A stretch of DNA of 63,890 nt, filler included, from Aduncisulcus paluster (GCA_024181965.1; 9 parts of 9 records of this genome joined end to end with filler, not necessarily neighbours in it); one strand, 5' to 3'. Shown: positions 23,604 to 38,292, numbered from the whole stretch's first letter. Numbers and translations: made by a program. The notes: a model not told the origin generated them from the letters alone.

Positions 23604-25595
23604 TTATAATCCAGAGGTATGTCTTTGTCCTGGAGGTGGTCGAGGATGATGAAGATCTTGGTGGGAATAACAAAATTCTGGAGGTCTTGGGATACCTAGA
23701 AACTCATAATAACCAAGATTAGCAATATTTAATGCAGCTAAAGAATCACGGTGGCCTTCTTTATGACAACCATCAGTACACTTTCTCAAACGAGTTTTAG
23801 GATTCATCGTGCCAAGTTTTTTGTAACAATATGGACATAATTTGGAAGTGTGATATTCGTCAACTTTGATAAATATCCCACCCATATTCTTTACAACATG
23901 TGACATTATCCTTGGAACCTTTCTTACTGCGGGTGTTGCTGGATGTCCCTTTCCTGTAGCTGAAAAGGCCTTTTTATAGCCTTCCCCGGCATCTCCGTAT
24001 GCCAAAAGAAAATTAGCACCAATTTTCCTTGCCAATTTAATATGGTCAGACGTGTATTTCGTTATTTTCTTTTCCAGCATTAATTCACGTCCGAAACGCT
24101 GACGACGCCAGAATTTTGCTTCAGATAATTGTCTAAAACTATCCCAAACTGCGAACTCCTTTCTGAGACGTTCTTTTAAAACCTCAGTATTAGGAGTTCG
24201 CAGTTGGGGTAGATTTAGTCTATTAAGTGATAATGTAAGTACCTTCTTCCTGTTTCTCGCTTGCTTTTCGTTTCTTTTGTTCTCTCCTCTTCGTATTCCC
24301 TTTGGGATGATACCGAAGAATTCGGTCATCTCGCTTGCTGGGCCGCCGGCTTCGTTCTTTAACACCAGAGCAGTGCCGGCAATGACAGCTCTGCCAGGGT
24401 CGATGCCGAGGCACAATGTAGATGCAGCCTGCTTGGAGATGGGAGAGGAAACCAGGCTTGCAGTCTGCTTGGGGGCGGGAGAGGAAACCAGGCTCGATAC
24501 CGAAATTTTATACTGATCAGAGGTTTTTGGCCCCATAACGAGGCGGGCACCAACCCCATCTGTTAGAACATAAACTAGCCCCTTGACTATGCCTTTTTTT
24601 AATGTTTTTCGGAGCAGGCGTAGTCCGTATGCCGAAAACAGATTATTTTTGGCAGCATTGAGGAGCGAATGAGACAGAGGGAAGAACCTCATCCCGGACT
24701 TTGAAGTAGGGAGGATCGGAGGAAGTCTTGGCGGAAGCTTGGGCCTGAGACTTAATTGATCATCAATCGGATGATCCGGTTGAACTGGCGGCGCCACAGA
24801 TTCGGAAGAGTCCTTTTTGTCACCAATCAATTGACCTATCACATTCAATTGATTGGATATTTCTCTTATTGTTGAGAAACCGTTTTTACATCCGTCGAGC
24901 TTTAGTAGATCGCCCCCATAGCGCTGTAATCTGAATTTATAAATGGGGATGGACTCTTTCACCCATTTCAAGACGGATTCGGCCATTTGCCTGGCCCAAA
25001 AGACAATCACATGACTTAAATTATGGGTGGTTCCATATTTCTTTGGGTCGGACCACCACAGTGGACACAGACTTCCTTTAATTTCTCTACCCCTCTTCGT
25101 TGCTTGAGGTTTTAACAAACAACAACAACATTCATCAATTTTTTCCTGTAATGGGAGGGGGAATCCCTTTCTGAGGTTTGGCCGGGTTTGGCCGGAAGGG
25201 GTCGGAACTCTATCTGCGAAGAGGGCGTCACAGCAGGAGAGGTAAAACAGTGGGTTATACACCCACCTCGTATATTTGTCGGCCATTGAGCCAGCAACCA
25301 CGTTTGCTACCAGAGAAGATAGTCTGGTGCAGCGATTTGCTGCGACACAATCCTCTTCGATTCTTTTTAGGTATTGGGGATTAATTATCCTCCTTATACC
25401 ACATTTTAAAGTGACATAGTTGTCTTCTGGGCGTGGTTCTACTTCTGGGGGGTCGGGTTCGTCGTGATCATCATGTTGTTGATGATGTCGTCGCTCTGTT
25501 ATATATATTAATAGAATATAGCAGAAAATTATTAATAAATGTTATATAGAATTAAACTTAAATGAAAACAATTAATAATAATGAAACATACTCAT
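23604..25595 (-). CDS. Fanzor (eukaryotic TnpB-family RuvC RNA-guided endonuclease), about 631 aa, intron 25496-25591
   Basis: RuvC-I LGIDPG; AYGDA; VDEYHTSKLCPYC (Glu plus Zn finger); CxxxC..RDSLAALNI RuvC-III; spliced N-terminus MKRRH..YVTLKCGIRRII is in frame with ORF 23604-25301. Confidence 0.88.
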
Positions 25596-25722
25596 TTTAG
25601 ATCTAAGAAAAACTATTTCTTGNNNNNNNNNNNNNNNNNNNNNNNNNNNNNNNNNNNNNNNNNNNNTTAATTAATTAANNNNNNNNNNNNNNNNNNNNNN
25701 NNNNNNNNNNNNNNNNNNNNNN

Positions 25723-28700
25723 CACTGCCTCTTGGATTCTCTTCGAAAGGTATTCCATTTATATCTCGTGAGAAGGAACTAATTTTAGATATGGTGAGAA
25801 AGAGTCGAAGTATTCCTGTGTTTAAAACTCCATCACCCTTCTTGTCTTCTTTAATAACTACATTCATTGCTCATCCACCTACTGTCCCACTCTCTCCTTC
25901 TCTCTCTTCTCTCCTCTTCTCCATCCTCTCCCTTTTATCTTCATCGGCACCTCTATGTATTCCTGCAGGCTTTAGCGAAGGAATGAGATCTTCGGTTGCT
26001 GGCGGTCATTCTACCGGTGGAAGTGGTGGCGGCAGTGGTGGTGGCAGTGGTGGTGGCAGTGGCGAGTATGATTCTGTTCGAACTATGGTCAATATTCCAT
26101 ATTATAACATTTATGAGGTTATTCACAATCATATTCATAGATATCGACTCTGTGATATGCTTATTCATGTTATTTTACACATTAAAACTCAAGAATCTGA
26201 AGGAGTGCCATTTATTGATGCTACACAAGAGCTATATGAAACCATTTCTATAAGCTCAAGGAGAAAACATAATGAAAGAATATATTCCAAAGCTTTATCT
26301 TTCATCCCATCTTTCCCTTGTTCTTTGTTTACTCAAGAAAGACTACGACAGCAAAGACGAGAGAAAGAGAGACTCTCCGAACGTCGTGATTTAGTATTAT
26401 TAAAGGGGAAGAAAGAACTACATAAAACGAAAGGAACGAAGGGAAGAGGAGGAAGAGGAGGAATCAGTGGAAGTGAGTCTGAAGAAGAAGATGAAGATTT
26501 TGTTGAACCTATTATATTCAATAACAATACTCCGGTTTTACTTGCTCCTTCTTCCTCTTGTAAAGTAACTGTGCATATTCCCTTAATCTCCACGTATGTC
26601 TCTAAAAGAGTGTCCATTGTATCATCTGACTCTGATATTGCTGTCAAACCGGCCACTATTCTTATCTCCAGTGAAGATAAGTCATACATGGGACAAGAAG
26701 TTGGTCGTTCAAGTGTCATATCTGCCTCTTCTTCTGACACAGGTGATCATGATAATTATAATGAAGGAATAACTCAAAGTGGACAAGTTCAATCTGGACA
26801 AGCACCACCAGAACTGACACATCTTAAGTTTACTATTACTCTCTCTTCTTCTCCATTCTTCTCTTCATCTGCTGCCATGCCTTCCTTCTTGATAGCTTTG
26901 ATTGACGGGAAGAAAAGAGGGAAAGGAGTGTGTGTTGTTAAGAGTGAAGATAGAGCTTTACAACATCCGCTTGAACAAACCCCACAAAGCAAAATAACAG
27001 GTAGTATGACAAGTCAACAGCATGCAGCAAGTCTTAAAATACCTTCCACTTCAGAAATGGTCAGTAGACGAAGAGAAGGTGGTTTTATTACACTTGGTGG
27101 TGCTGGTGGAGGAGGCGGAGGCGGAAGTATGAAACCCGGGTTTACATTTATCCCTCCTCTTCCGTGGGTTGCTATGGCAGGTACAGGAGTGTGTCATGGT
27201 CGTATTGTGATTGTTGGTGTACAGAAGAACGCTATAACTCAATCATTTTCTCCCTGTTGGTTGGGTGACGATGCTCATTTATTCTCTATTTCGACAGAAC
27301 AAGATCCTGGACATGATACTAATTCTATGACTACTGGTGCATCAATGGTCGATAGTAGTAATACAAAGAATAACAATGAAGTCGTATCATCATCATTGAC
27401 TTCTCTCTCTTCCTCAGCTCGTGGTAGACAACATAAACAGCTTGTAAGAGCTGCTATAAGAGGTAGTGGTGGCAGTGTTAGTACCTCTGGCTCAGGAGGG
27501 AATTTATTCTCAGATTCCCCAATCATTGGTCCCAACTCTACAAAACTAACCTTTTATGCTTCTTTTAAACCCAAAACAACAGGATTCTTCAGTGCTTTAC
27601 TGCAAATTACAATAATGCATACTGTCATGAATCTTAGAGTAGAAGCTATTGGTGTAGAATCCCTTCAAGTGTGGCAGAAGAGTGTAAGTGATATCGATTG
27701 GGAAGATCTTCAAGCCATGCGTCAGACTCTGACATCTGGAGCTTCGATTGAACCTATTGGAGAAGAGAAAGGAAAAGAGAAAGAGCAAGGAAAGATTGTC
27801 AAGCCATCTCCTCAAACCATTACTAAAGAAACACTCAAGGAATTAGATAGTCAAGGAAGTGTCAACAAACCTGTTTCTTATCAACAATCAGGTAGAAGAG
27901 CGTCAAGATCATTGGTTCCTACTGATGACACACGTCGTGGTCGTCCTTCTATTCGTAGTACTTCCGCCAGAGCTAAAAAAGAATTAGAAAAGAAGAAGAA
28001 GAAGAAGAATGTGTCGAGTGTCGAGAAGAAAGATGAGTTTGCTGATCTCGTTGTTGATACTTCTTCCTCCATCCATGGTCATGAACATGAAGGAGATGAC
28101 GATGAATCATTAGTTGCTCTGACACCCAGGAAATTTACCCATGAAGATTATTTAGCATCACATCCATCTTTAACTTATTTAGCTCCTCCTCCACAAAGCC
28201 ATGTCAAGTTATCTGCATCCATTCTTGATTTCGGTGTAATTCCCTTTGCTTCAACTTCTAAAAGAATTTTAATCATTGAAAACAAATCATCTATCAAACT
28301 TTCACTAAGTCTGGTATCATTATCTCCCTTATTTAACATTGCTTCACATTTCTTTACTGTCACGAGTGGTCATAAACTAGAAATTCCCATTAATTTGAAC
28401 TGCCCCACTGAAGCTCCCAACTATCACACCAATCACACCGATCATTCTGGTTCCTCAGCCACTGGTTATTCAGCCACTGGTTCCTCAGATCAGGATGAGG
28501 ATAAAGATAGCAGTCGTAGTGGAAGTATGAACACTTATGCCGGTGTCAGTTCCAAAGGTACAGTTTCTGAAACCAAATCTAATGGGTTTTTTGTTGAATC
28601 GTGTTTAAAATTGACTGATTGTTCAGGATTTGTCCAATGTGTTTCTCTTCGTGCTTTCATTGGTAATCCTTTACGTGTGTGTGCCCCTCTTGGTATTATT

Positions 28701-30084
28701 ATGCCACCCTTGAGAGCTGTAGAGTCTATCAAAACACCCATCTCATCTGCACACTCTTCAGCAAGGAAATCTCTTACCTCTGCTGGTGCCTCTGGTGCCT
28801 CTTCAAGACGCTCAAACCCCAGTACAACATCAAGACCTTCTTCAACATCTAACACATCTACAAAGCTCTCTAACAACCCAAAGAAGAGTAACAACAAAGA
28901 AGGAGAGCAAGGAAGCAAGGAAGAAGGTAGTAGTAAGACATCGACGATGATTGGTTCTTCTGATCCTGTTAAAGATAAGCTTGAGAAAGTATCTGAGAAA
29001 GTTGTTCGTTTTACTCTTGATGAACGTCAACAGAGAGATGAAGACATGAGAGATGATGAAGAATATGATGAAGAGTACGATGGAAAGATTGAAGAAGATG
29101 AAGAGGAACGGGAAGATGAAGAGGAGGAATATGGATCTCAGGACGAAGACAATGAAGAAGAAGCCTTTGAACCTATTGACCAAGAAGGAGAAGACGAGGG
29201 AAAAGAAGACGAGGAAGGAGAAGAAGAAAAAGAAGGAGATAAGGAAGGAGATTCTTCTTCTATTTTTGATAATGATGATATGTCTGTCGTGTCTTCTATA
29301 TCAACGACTCTCCCAGAAAACTCTACTATAAGATCTTCAACAGCTTCTAAACAACAACAAAGTAGCAGTAGCAGTAGCAGTAGCAGTGATGCCAAAGTTA
29401 AAGGAGGAAGAAAACAAGGGAGAAAACAATCGATTGACACAGTAATAACAAAAACAACAAAAACAACTAAGAAGCAAGGTGATGACAATGAAGGCAAGAC
29501 AAAACACAGTAAGAAACGTGTGTTACAATCTCGTATTACTACACAGATCTTCACTCCTCTTTCCTTCTCTATTCTACCTCTTAATGTTGTTAACAATTCC
29601 CCTTATGAATGTGTATGTTATTGTTCATGCGAGTTCAACAGTATTGGTTCACCTATTATCTCATCCACAGCTTCAACAAATCGTTCATCAAGTTCAGTAT
29701 CAGATATTGGTGAGATTGTAGGTCTTTTTGTCAAGAATATATCTTCATTTGGCAGTGACAGTGGCAGTGACAGTGGCAGTGGTGTGAATGAAGGTATGAA
29801 TGATGGTAATGAAAGTGGAGTTAGAGATAGAAAGAAAGGTGCTAAAGCTCCTGGTTCATTGACTTCAAGAAGACATTCGAATGAACGAAGGACACAAGTT
29901 GGAAAGAAAGATAAAAGTCTTTTGTTATCGCCTACAGAACAGTCACCTAAACATCCATTCTCGTTCCTTTTCTCTTCAGACCCCCGTTTTACACTCCCTC
30001 CCTTTTGTTGTGCCAATATATGTGTCTGTGTAAGTGTAAAACGAGCTATATCTGTACAGATGTGGCGAAGAGTAAGAGTTCGTG
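25723..30084 (+). CDS. Internal part of a very large hypothetical protein with a possible ASH/Ig-like (Hydin/CFAP-type) domain
   Basis: The whole contig is one open frame; LSASILDFGVIPFASTSKRILIIENKS resembles an ASH domain start. Confidence 0.55.
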
Positions 30085-30184
30085 NNNNNNNNNNNNNNNN
30101 NNNNNNNNNNNNNNNNNNNNNNNNNNNNTTAATTAATTAANNNNNNNNNNNNNNNNNNNNNNNNNNNNNNNNNNNNNNNNNNNN

Positions 30185-32945
30185 CCTCTTCTTCTTCATC
30201 GGCTTTTTTAGACTTTCTAGATGTTTTCTTTTGTTTTTTCTGCTTTTTCTTATTTTGTTCCTTTTGCTTTTGCAAGCGTGAAGATTTCCGTCTGCCGATC
30301 TTCTCTCCTTCTTCCTCCTCTTCAGATTCCTCTTCCTCTTCTTCCTCTTCCTCTCTCTCTTCCTTTCCTTTCCCTTTCTTTCCTTTCTTCTTGTTACTCT
30401 TGATTTCAACATCAGCATCATCAGCAAGACCCATAAGCTCTTCTCTCTCCCTTCTCCTTTGCTCTTTAAGCTTTGCAAGGGCCTCTTGTTGCATCCCTCT
30501 CAGAGATTGGCCTCCTTTCAAACCAGGGTCCTCCTCTCCGAATAAAGAACGTCTAATGATCCCAAAGACGACATCAACATCATCAACAGAGACATAGGTT
30601 CGCAAGTGGAGCTTGGCATGGGCAGTGCATGAACGGATGATGGACTCAAGGAGACGGGCAGTGATGGGAACAACCGTTCGACGCAGTTGGGAATCACTCC
30701 GAAGCTCAAGATATTTGTTTGTAATGGCGCGGGCAGCATCGGGAGTCAGAGACACATCTTTACACGTTAATTTAGCATATTGGATAAACTTTCTCAAAAA
30801 ATCTAATTTTAGAACCAAGAAATCATTCTTAACACTCTCTCTGGCGTCTCTCAGGTCTTCTTCAATCTCTTCCTCGTGTTTACCCATCTGAATGGCCGTA
30901 GTCTTGGCCAAATGTCCAGCAAAGTCTTTTGTTTGCTTGAATAACATTCCATGGACTTGTTCATTGTAAGCTTCAAAGTGTCTTTGGAATCCATGGGTCG
31001 AATCTCTTTGAGAAGAAGAATAAGACGAGGCGAGGGTTGAACCAGAGCCTCCCGCACCAACGAATGAGGAAGAAAATGATGAAGACGATGAAGATGCATG
31101 GATAGAAGTGGATAAACCAGCACTCATGCCAACAGAGGCAGAGTCAGGCTCATGTTCATCCAAGGAACCCAGGTTAGGGGCTCCTTCCACAAATACACTC
31201 CCACCTGTCCTGGATGTGAAAGCAGGGGCAGCAGCCTGGGTATGGGCACTGTGGAGATTAAGAACATGCTCGGCAATCTTAACATCCTTCCTCTCATCCT
31301 TCTTGTCGATCACAACGAAAAGATAATCGAAACGGGATAAGAGGGTATCGGGAAGTCCAATGTTCTCACTGGGAGACTTCTTAACATCATAACACCCATA
31401 CACAGGGTTGGCTGCACCGATCACACTGCATCGAGCATTGAGAGTGGCATGGATACCAGCCTTGGCAATGGTAACGGTTTGTTGTTCCATGGCTTCGTGG
31501 ATGGCAACTCGATCCTGCTCGGTCATCTTGTCAAGCTCATCAATACAAATTAATCCTCGATCAGCGAGAACCATGGCACCGGCTTCTAACCGTCTCTCAC
31601 CGGTAAGACGATCAATGAGAACAGCAGCCGTGAGACCGACACCACTGGAACCACGACCGGTAGTGTTGATAGCGTGAGGAGCCAGAGAGAGCATAAACCT
31701 GAGCATTTGAGACTTTCCACAGCCTGGGTCACCCACCATAAGAATATTGACGTCTCCTCTGATATGGGCCCCAGATGCCGTTGTACGCTCGATTCCACCG
31801 AGAGATTGCAGTAACAGAGCACGTTTGATGTCATTATGTCCAAATATAGAAGGAGAGATTGACCTGGCACAAAGTTCGAACCATGAATCTCCAGCATTCA
31901 TCACACTGCCTCCAACATATTTACGGAAGTTCTTGTTTCCTTTCGAGGGATCGAGACCGGTAACAATTGCCTTGAACTGGGTTATAAGGGACGTGTCAGC
32001 ACTCAGAGAACGGACCACAGCAGAGGAAGTAGCAACAGAAACATGATTGGCTAATAAAAGAGTTTTGAAGATAGCATTCCTATTTGTTGCTTGGAAATTC
32101 GATCCAATGGCTCTGTATATTCCAGTGATAGCCACCTTTTGACCTGGTTTACAAGTATCAACAAGATCATCGAGCAAAATAACTTCAATAGAGCGGGGAA
32201 TCTGTCCAGCAGGTGCCAATTCGGGAGGTTCTTGGACAGATATTGTCTGATAATCAATGAATTTAGATTCTCCAACGTCGAGTTCGAGTGGTTTATCATG
32301 GGTGTCAGTCATTCGCCATACAGGAAATGACGGTGGTTTTGTCACATCTAGATTCGTTATCATATCAACAAAAGCATTTGTAACGACATTTCCCGTGTCG
32401 GGATCAGAGAAAGAAGTTGAGACAACACGGGGTCTTGGAATAGAAACTCGAGTCACCACTCCATCAATCATAATCATCTGACCAAGCAAATGACTCGCTA
32501 CACCTCGTGGTGTAATATGGTTTCGTCCTAAATTTCCAACAAACCCAACTTTTACATGTTTTCCTTCCATTTCATACAATCCATTACTTTCAACAAATCT
32601 ATCTAATTCTCTTTCAAAAATAAGAATTCCTTCCTTAGGATCGGAAATAAATTCAGAGTATGATTCGAGAATATCCTTGGTTTCAGCAAATGCACGCATA
32701 GAATTGAAAGAGAATACAATTCTAAAAAACTTGGAAAAGGCCTCCGTTCTTATTTGTTCTCTCATGATCCGTTCATTTTCGGAATCCTAATTTTGAAATA
32801 ATTAAGAAAAATATTGAATTATGGGCATGGTTGAAGAAATAACAAAATTTGTAAAAAAAATTATTAAATCGATGAAAAAAAGGAAAATATTATCTTGAAG
32901 AATGATGAAACATACATATATAAACGAAGTTATGAATTCTTCCAT
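30185..32945 (-). CDS. MCM3: DNA replication licensing factor MCM3 (intron 32787-32915; 3' end truncated)
   Basis: IRGDVNILMVGDPGCGKSQMLR, TTGRGSSGVGLTAAV, ERRLEAGAMVLADRG, IDELDKM, LLSRFD, PITARLLESIIR. Confidence 0.92.
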
Positions 32946-33241
32946 CTTACGGAACCAAAAAAGAACCCATTTTTGATATTTATTTCAATAGAACAGTTAT
33001 CTCAATATAATCAAATTCTTTGTGCATATGATAGAATAATAAAGTAAATTATGTCAAGATATATGCATAAAAATCACTCAAAATCTCAATATCAAAACCA
33101 TGGCTCTTTTTGGACTATTTACAATTTCCTTTTTTTTATTCGTATGTATTAAAATTATAAATTGTCTATTAAATCTAAATATGATATTAATTAACGTTTA
33201 ATATATTATCTTTAATTTGCGCATTCAGAAGTCTCTTTATC

Positions 33242-33977
33242 ATGGAAAATATAGATGGTGATGATGACTTTTCATCATATTCAGATGAAAAACACTCAGA
33301 TGACTCCATGGATATTATTTCAAAACAGGATGAACTTGTTAGAACAAAAATAATTGAACAGATAACAAAACAATGTTTTCTCGACGATAATGAGCTTTCT
33401 AGTTTTATTTTTGGAGATGTTCCAAGTAGATTTACAGGAGATGGTGAAAAGAACTTCTGGAAATTAACGAATCAAAACATGATTACAGCTGTAGAAGAGT
33501 TTTGCTCCTACATTCGATATTCTGACCTTTCAAAGGACGATGAAGAAACATTAGTATCTAAAAGACGAATTATATCAACTATATTGACATTATTTAGTGC
33601 TCTTGGGTATAAATTAGATATTAGTAGTCTTGTTCCCGCTCAAAAGAAGGGATTTCTATTTCACAAATTAAAAATATCTCAAATATTATTATCTTTCCTC
33701 AACATATCTATTTCTCAACATATTGTTTCTTGTTTATCCCTCCCAACAATTTTTTTGCGCATTTCTGAAGTTCTTGAGAAAGTTGCCCTCGCAAGCGAAG
33801 CTTCTTTTACACATATCACCGACAAAAAGGGGAAAAGTAGGCGTTCTTCTGCCGTTTCTCGGAAGAGACGTACCATGACTCAAGATGAAGATGAAGAAGA
33901 AGACGAAGAAGGTCAGAAAGATGCCATTGTTGTTAAATCAACTTCTACTGCTGTTTCTATCGTTCTTTTCGATGGTA
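33242..33977 (+). CDS. Hypothetical protein (truncated)
   Basis: ATG-initiated open frame running into the spacer. Confidence 0.5.
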
Positions 33978-34077
33978 NNNNNNNNNNNNNNNNNNNNNNN
34001 NNNNNNNNNNNNNNNNNNNNNTTAATTAATTAANNNNNNNNNNNNNNNNNNNNNNNNNNNNNNNNNNNNNNNNNNNN

Positions 34078-36914
34078 CCCATAATTACTGAGTTATCTTC
34101 TCTGTACTTCTCTGCACACTTACAACTAGCATTGAGACGTTCTCTGAGATCTGCCTCTTCCTTAGTCTGGATACAGGTGGCTGACTTGAGTGCTTTGTCA
34201 AGAGATGTGATACTTTTTGTGTGTGAGTCCAACACAGTCTCGAAGGCATGTTTCTGTGCCATCATTTCTTTCCTTGATGCTCCATTATCGTGACTCATCG
34301 AAGCGGCAATCTTATCCAGCAAAGCACGTAACTGAGGCACAAGATCCTTGAGTTCAGTCTTGATGATACCCACAACTGTCACACCACTCTCAATATCTGG
34401 AAGAACTTGTTCCCTATACATCTGGAGTTGTGTGATGAAAGTGTCCAGAGATGTAGCAGATCTGCAGGCTCTTGTGGACATGTCTTCCTCCATCTCCTTG
34501 ATCTCACTTGTCTTGAGAGTTGCCTCCTTGAAGGCCTCAACAGAACCATTGAGACGCTCAAAGGCTTCCTTCAAACGATCCTTCTCTGCCTCAGCCATCT
34601 CGGCAAGAGCTTCGTCACGAACAATATCACTCTCCCGGACCTCATCCTGAACACTCCTCAGTTGGAGGGTGAGAGCAGAAATAGAGTCGTTGAGTGAAGT
34701 GTTTTCTCTCTGAAGCTGGGTGCATGCAGAGCGCATCACAGAGATAAGAGATACTTCATGATCTGTGGGGGGTGGGAGAGTGGATAAGAGCTCGGAACAT
34801 GCTACCTGTTCATCAGCAACACGCAATAATTGGCGAGTACGTTCAATCTCGGCAACTTTATCATCAATCTCAAGCTTAAGGGAGCGCACTTCACTCTTGA
34901 AGGCATCAATCGTCTCCTTTTGCTGTTTTTCACGAACAGAATGCTCAGAAAAGACAATATCGAAGGTCTTTGATAATTCTTCCACTCTTGACACATACGT
35001 TTGCAGTTGCTGGCGACAAGCATCAAGCTGGGATGCATATGATTCCTTCGATGCCACCTCAACGGCCAACCGAGCATCGAATGAACGTTGTGCGGATTCA
35101 ATCTCCCGCTTGAGACTGGCGATTGCAGCTTCTTTGTCGCGAAGGGTCTTCTCTTGAGCTGCAACCAGTTCATTCAGTTGAGACTTGTGTGATCTTTTGA
35201 CAGAGGCAAGTTCAAAGTTCTCAGAGTCGATCCGAGTAGATAGGTCAGAGAGCAAAGTGGCTGCTTCCTTCTGTGAGGTTTTGAGCGATGATATGCGTTG
35301 GACAACGTCGTTAAGTGTCTTCTCTGCCTTCTTGTGGACCATAGAAAGTCTGGATGAAGATCCTAGTGTGCCTGTCAGCAGGGATTGAGAGAACAGATTC
35401 AGGAAGACACTGGAATTGGAGTGGGGCAACATGGACACGTCGCCACTCAGTGAGGTGCTGGAGGCCTGTCTTGAACCCAGTGGAGGGATGGAGGGAGATC
35501 TGGATCCGATAGCACTCCTCGCAGAGCCGAGGGGACTTCGAGTTCTCGGGGAAGTTCCTGCAAAATCAGATATGTCTCGAGGACCTGATGAACGTGCAGA
35601 TCCAAAGGTTTCTTCGTTTCTACGACGTTCCATTTCATCACGTTCCTCTTTCTCTACTTCTTTGACTAATTTCTGGATAGACGAGGACTCAAGACCCAAC
35701 TTTCTAAGCAACGAATGGAGCGTGGATAGTTCTTTCTGCATCAAATCAACTTTCCTTGCATTGTTCTCCCTCTCCCTTTTCCGCTCGGATTCAATCTCCC
35801 TTAAGGCTCGCGATTCACGCTGTCTTTCCTCCTGGGTGTCATGAACACACTTTACAAAGCTCTTGAATTCCTTATCGACACTCTCAAAACACGCTCTAAA
35901 GTACTGCAGAACACGTTCATTGGCACATACAAACCCGTAGCGTTGTTCCTCTTTTTCTTTGGATAATTCGAGCATTCGGACAGACATAGAAGCGAGTTGT
36001 TCGTTGCTTTCTTTGGCTACAGTGGACATTGCATCACGAGATTCAGTCAAAGAAGTCACTAGGGCTTCACGTTCACGCTCTCTTTCACGAACACGTTCCT
36101 CGGAGTCTCCGATCGTTACAAATACCTCACGACCGAGTCTTTGGAACTCAGTCACAAGAAGATCTATCTTGGAGATAATTCTCTCAGCCTGGCGCTCTTC
36201 TTCTTGACGAGCCCCATAGCCACACGCTGACGCAGCCTCGATTGCACTGTCTTTCTCGTCTTCCAATTGTTTTAGTGCTTCTGAATGAGCTATTTCTGTG
36301 TCTTTTTCCTTTTTTATAAGGCTTTCGATACGCTGAGTCAATGTCTTAAGGTCTTTCCGCAAGGATTGATTCTCTGTTTGCAGGAGGTGTACCAGCTTGG
36401 AGTTAGGAATTGTACGAATGGAAGAAGGGGAGCCATCGTCACCTATTTCGGAGACAACAGTGGATTCACGGATCTTCTCACGCCTCATTTCTTCAAGTTC
36501 TCTCTCGAGTTCACCAACACGGGATTGAGACGAATGTAGCTCTCGGAGGAGAACTTCACGTTCCTCGCGTGATCTAGCCTCGATATCGCGACGTTCATCC
36601 TCGACTTTTCGCAAATCATTCAATAATCCTTGCGTATACATTGCCGTGCTATGTTGGTGCTGGGATAGAATGGAAGAAATGGCAAGAGATGACTGATGTG
36701 AATCACTTCCTCCTTGTATGGATAGCGTAGAAGGATTCATGACAACTGGAGAGCCATGGAGAACGGATTTGCTATGTGATGGTCGGGAAATATGTGAGAA
36801 TGCATCGGAAGAACGACCTTGAGACGTAAAATGAGTTTTTGATTGATGAAATTCTTTTTTTGGCGATGAAAAGCTGTAATCCATATCTTTGTGAGCTGTA
36901 GGAGATGTGAACAA
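34078..36914 (-). CDS. Long coiled-coil protein (truncated)
   Basis: More than 940 codons, rich in E/R/K/L heptads. Confidence 0.65.
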
Positions 36915-38292
36915 TATGAATGTTTCATTTGGGAGTAAATAGAATAAAAATGGACAAAGTTAGATATATTAGTGTGGATACAAAATCAAAAATATAGAAA
37001 AAGAGCATTTTACATACACATAATGGAATTATTGCACTGGAAAAATTCATACGATGAAAAAATGAATACATAAGAAAATGCGCCGGAGAAAAATAATTAA
37101 AAAACGATGTCAATAAATATTATTTTTCAAAGAATATAAAATGTGAAAAGATCCAATGGCAATGAATGGAATTGGAATTCAAAGAGAAATACAATAGAAA
37201 ATTGCTGGATCTATATTAATATTGTTTTAACATACACTTTTTAACAGCAGATGCTTCTTATCTGGCAATCAATAAGTCAGATGTAAGCAAGAGAGAAAAT
37301 TCCATCTTGGCCATTGTATCTTCTATATCTAGCCCAGTCTAACCCTAATTCTTAAGAAAAAATGCTTTTTAATCAATAAATCAAATATGAAAAGGAATGA
37401 TGGTTGAATTTATTCTCACAAAAAATTTGGAGGTCCTCCAATGGAGGAAACGAGACAAATAACAGATATTGTTAATATTGTTACATAATTTAAGATCAAA
37501 AATCAAATTTTTTGGGAATGGAGAAGGAAGGTGTTGGTATTTCATGGAATCAAGGAAAAGGGTCGAAAAACAAAGAATGGTGGATTAAAGAGATATTTCT
37601 GCAAAATGTGTCAGAATAGGTATTCGAATAGAGATAAAAAGATGGATAATGGGGTAATAATAATAGTGGATGGTTTTAAGAATGGAGGAGGAATTATCCT
37701 GGAAAATAAATGTGGTCTTAGAATGGTGGATAAGTAAAATGTACACTCAGGGTTGGTTGTAATGGATTAAAAAGAAATAAGAAGTGGGATAAAAAAAAAA
37801 AAAAATTAAGATTATTTACAAAAAAAAAATGAGTGAGTGAATCTTTCCAATGGTCGCGAAAAAAATAAATATAAATGAATTGGGGAACAACTTAAATTCC
37901 AAAAATAATATTTCCAAATAGTAATATTGCCAATGTTTGTAAAATTTACGATGAAAGAATATAATTTTACAATGTTTGTAATATTTTGATAAACAGATTG
38001 TGCCATGAATAGGTATAATAATAAAGATACAAAGAGAAAATGAATTATATATAAACAAAAATAAAAGATCATATCGAATAATACGATAAATATTTGTCCA
38101 AGGGGAAAATTATATAAATTATATAAAAAAAAAAATTGTAACAAAGAAAATTAACCCGAGAAATGCTTGAATTGTCTCGATATCTGAAATAACCGAACGA
38201 TAAGTAAAGGCTCGCCAAAAATGAAAATGGAATACCATTGCCCAACATGACCATAAGAAAATCTTTTAAAGAGCGAAGCAGATGAAATGGCC

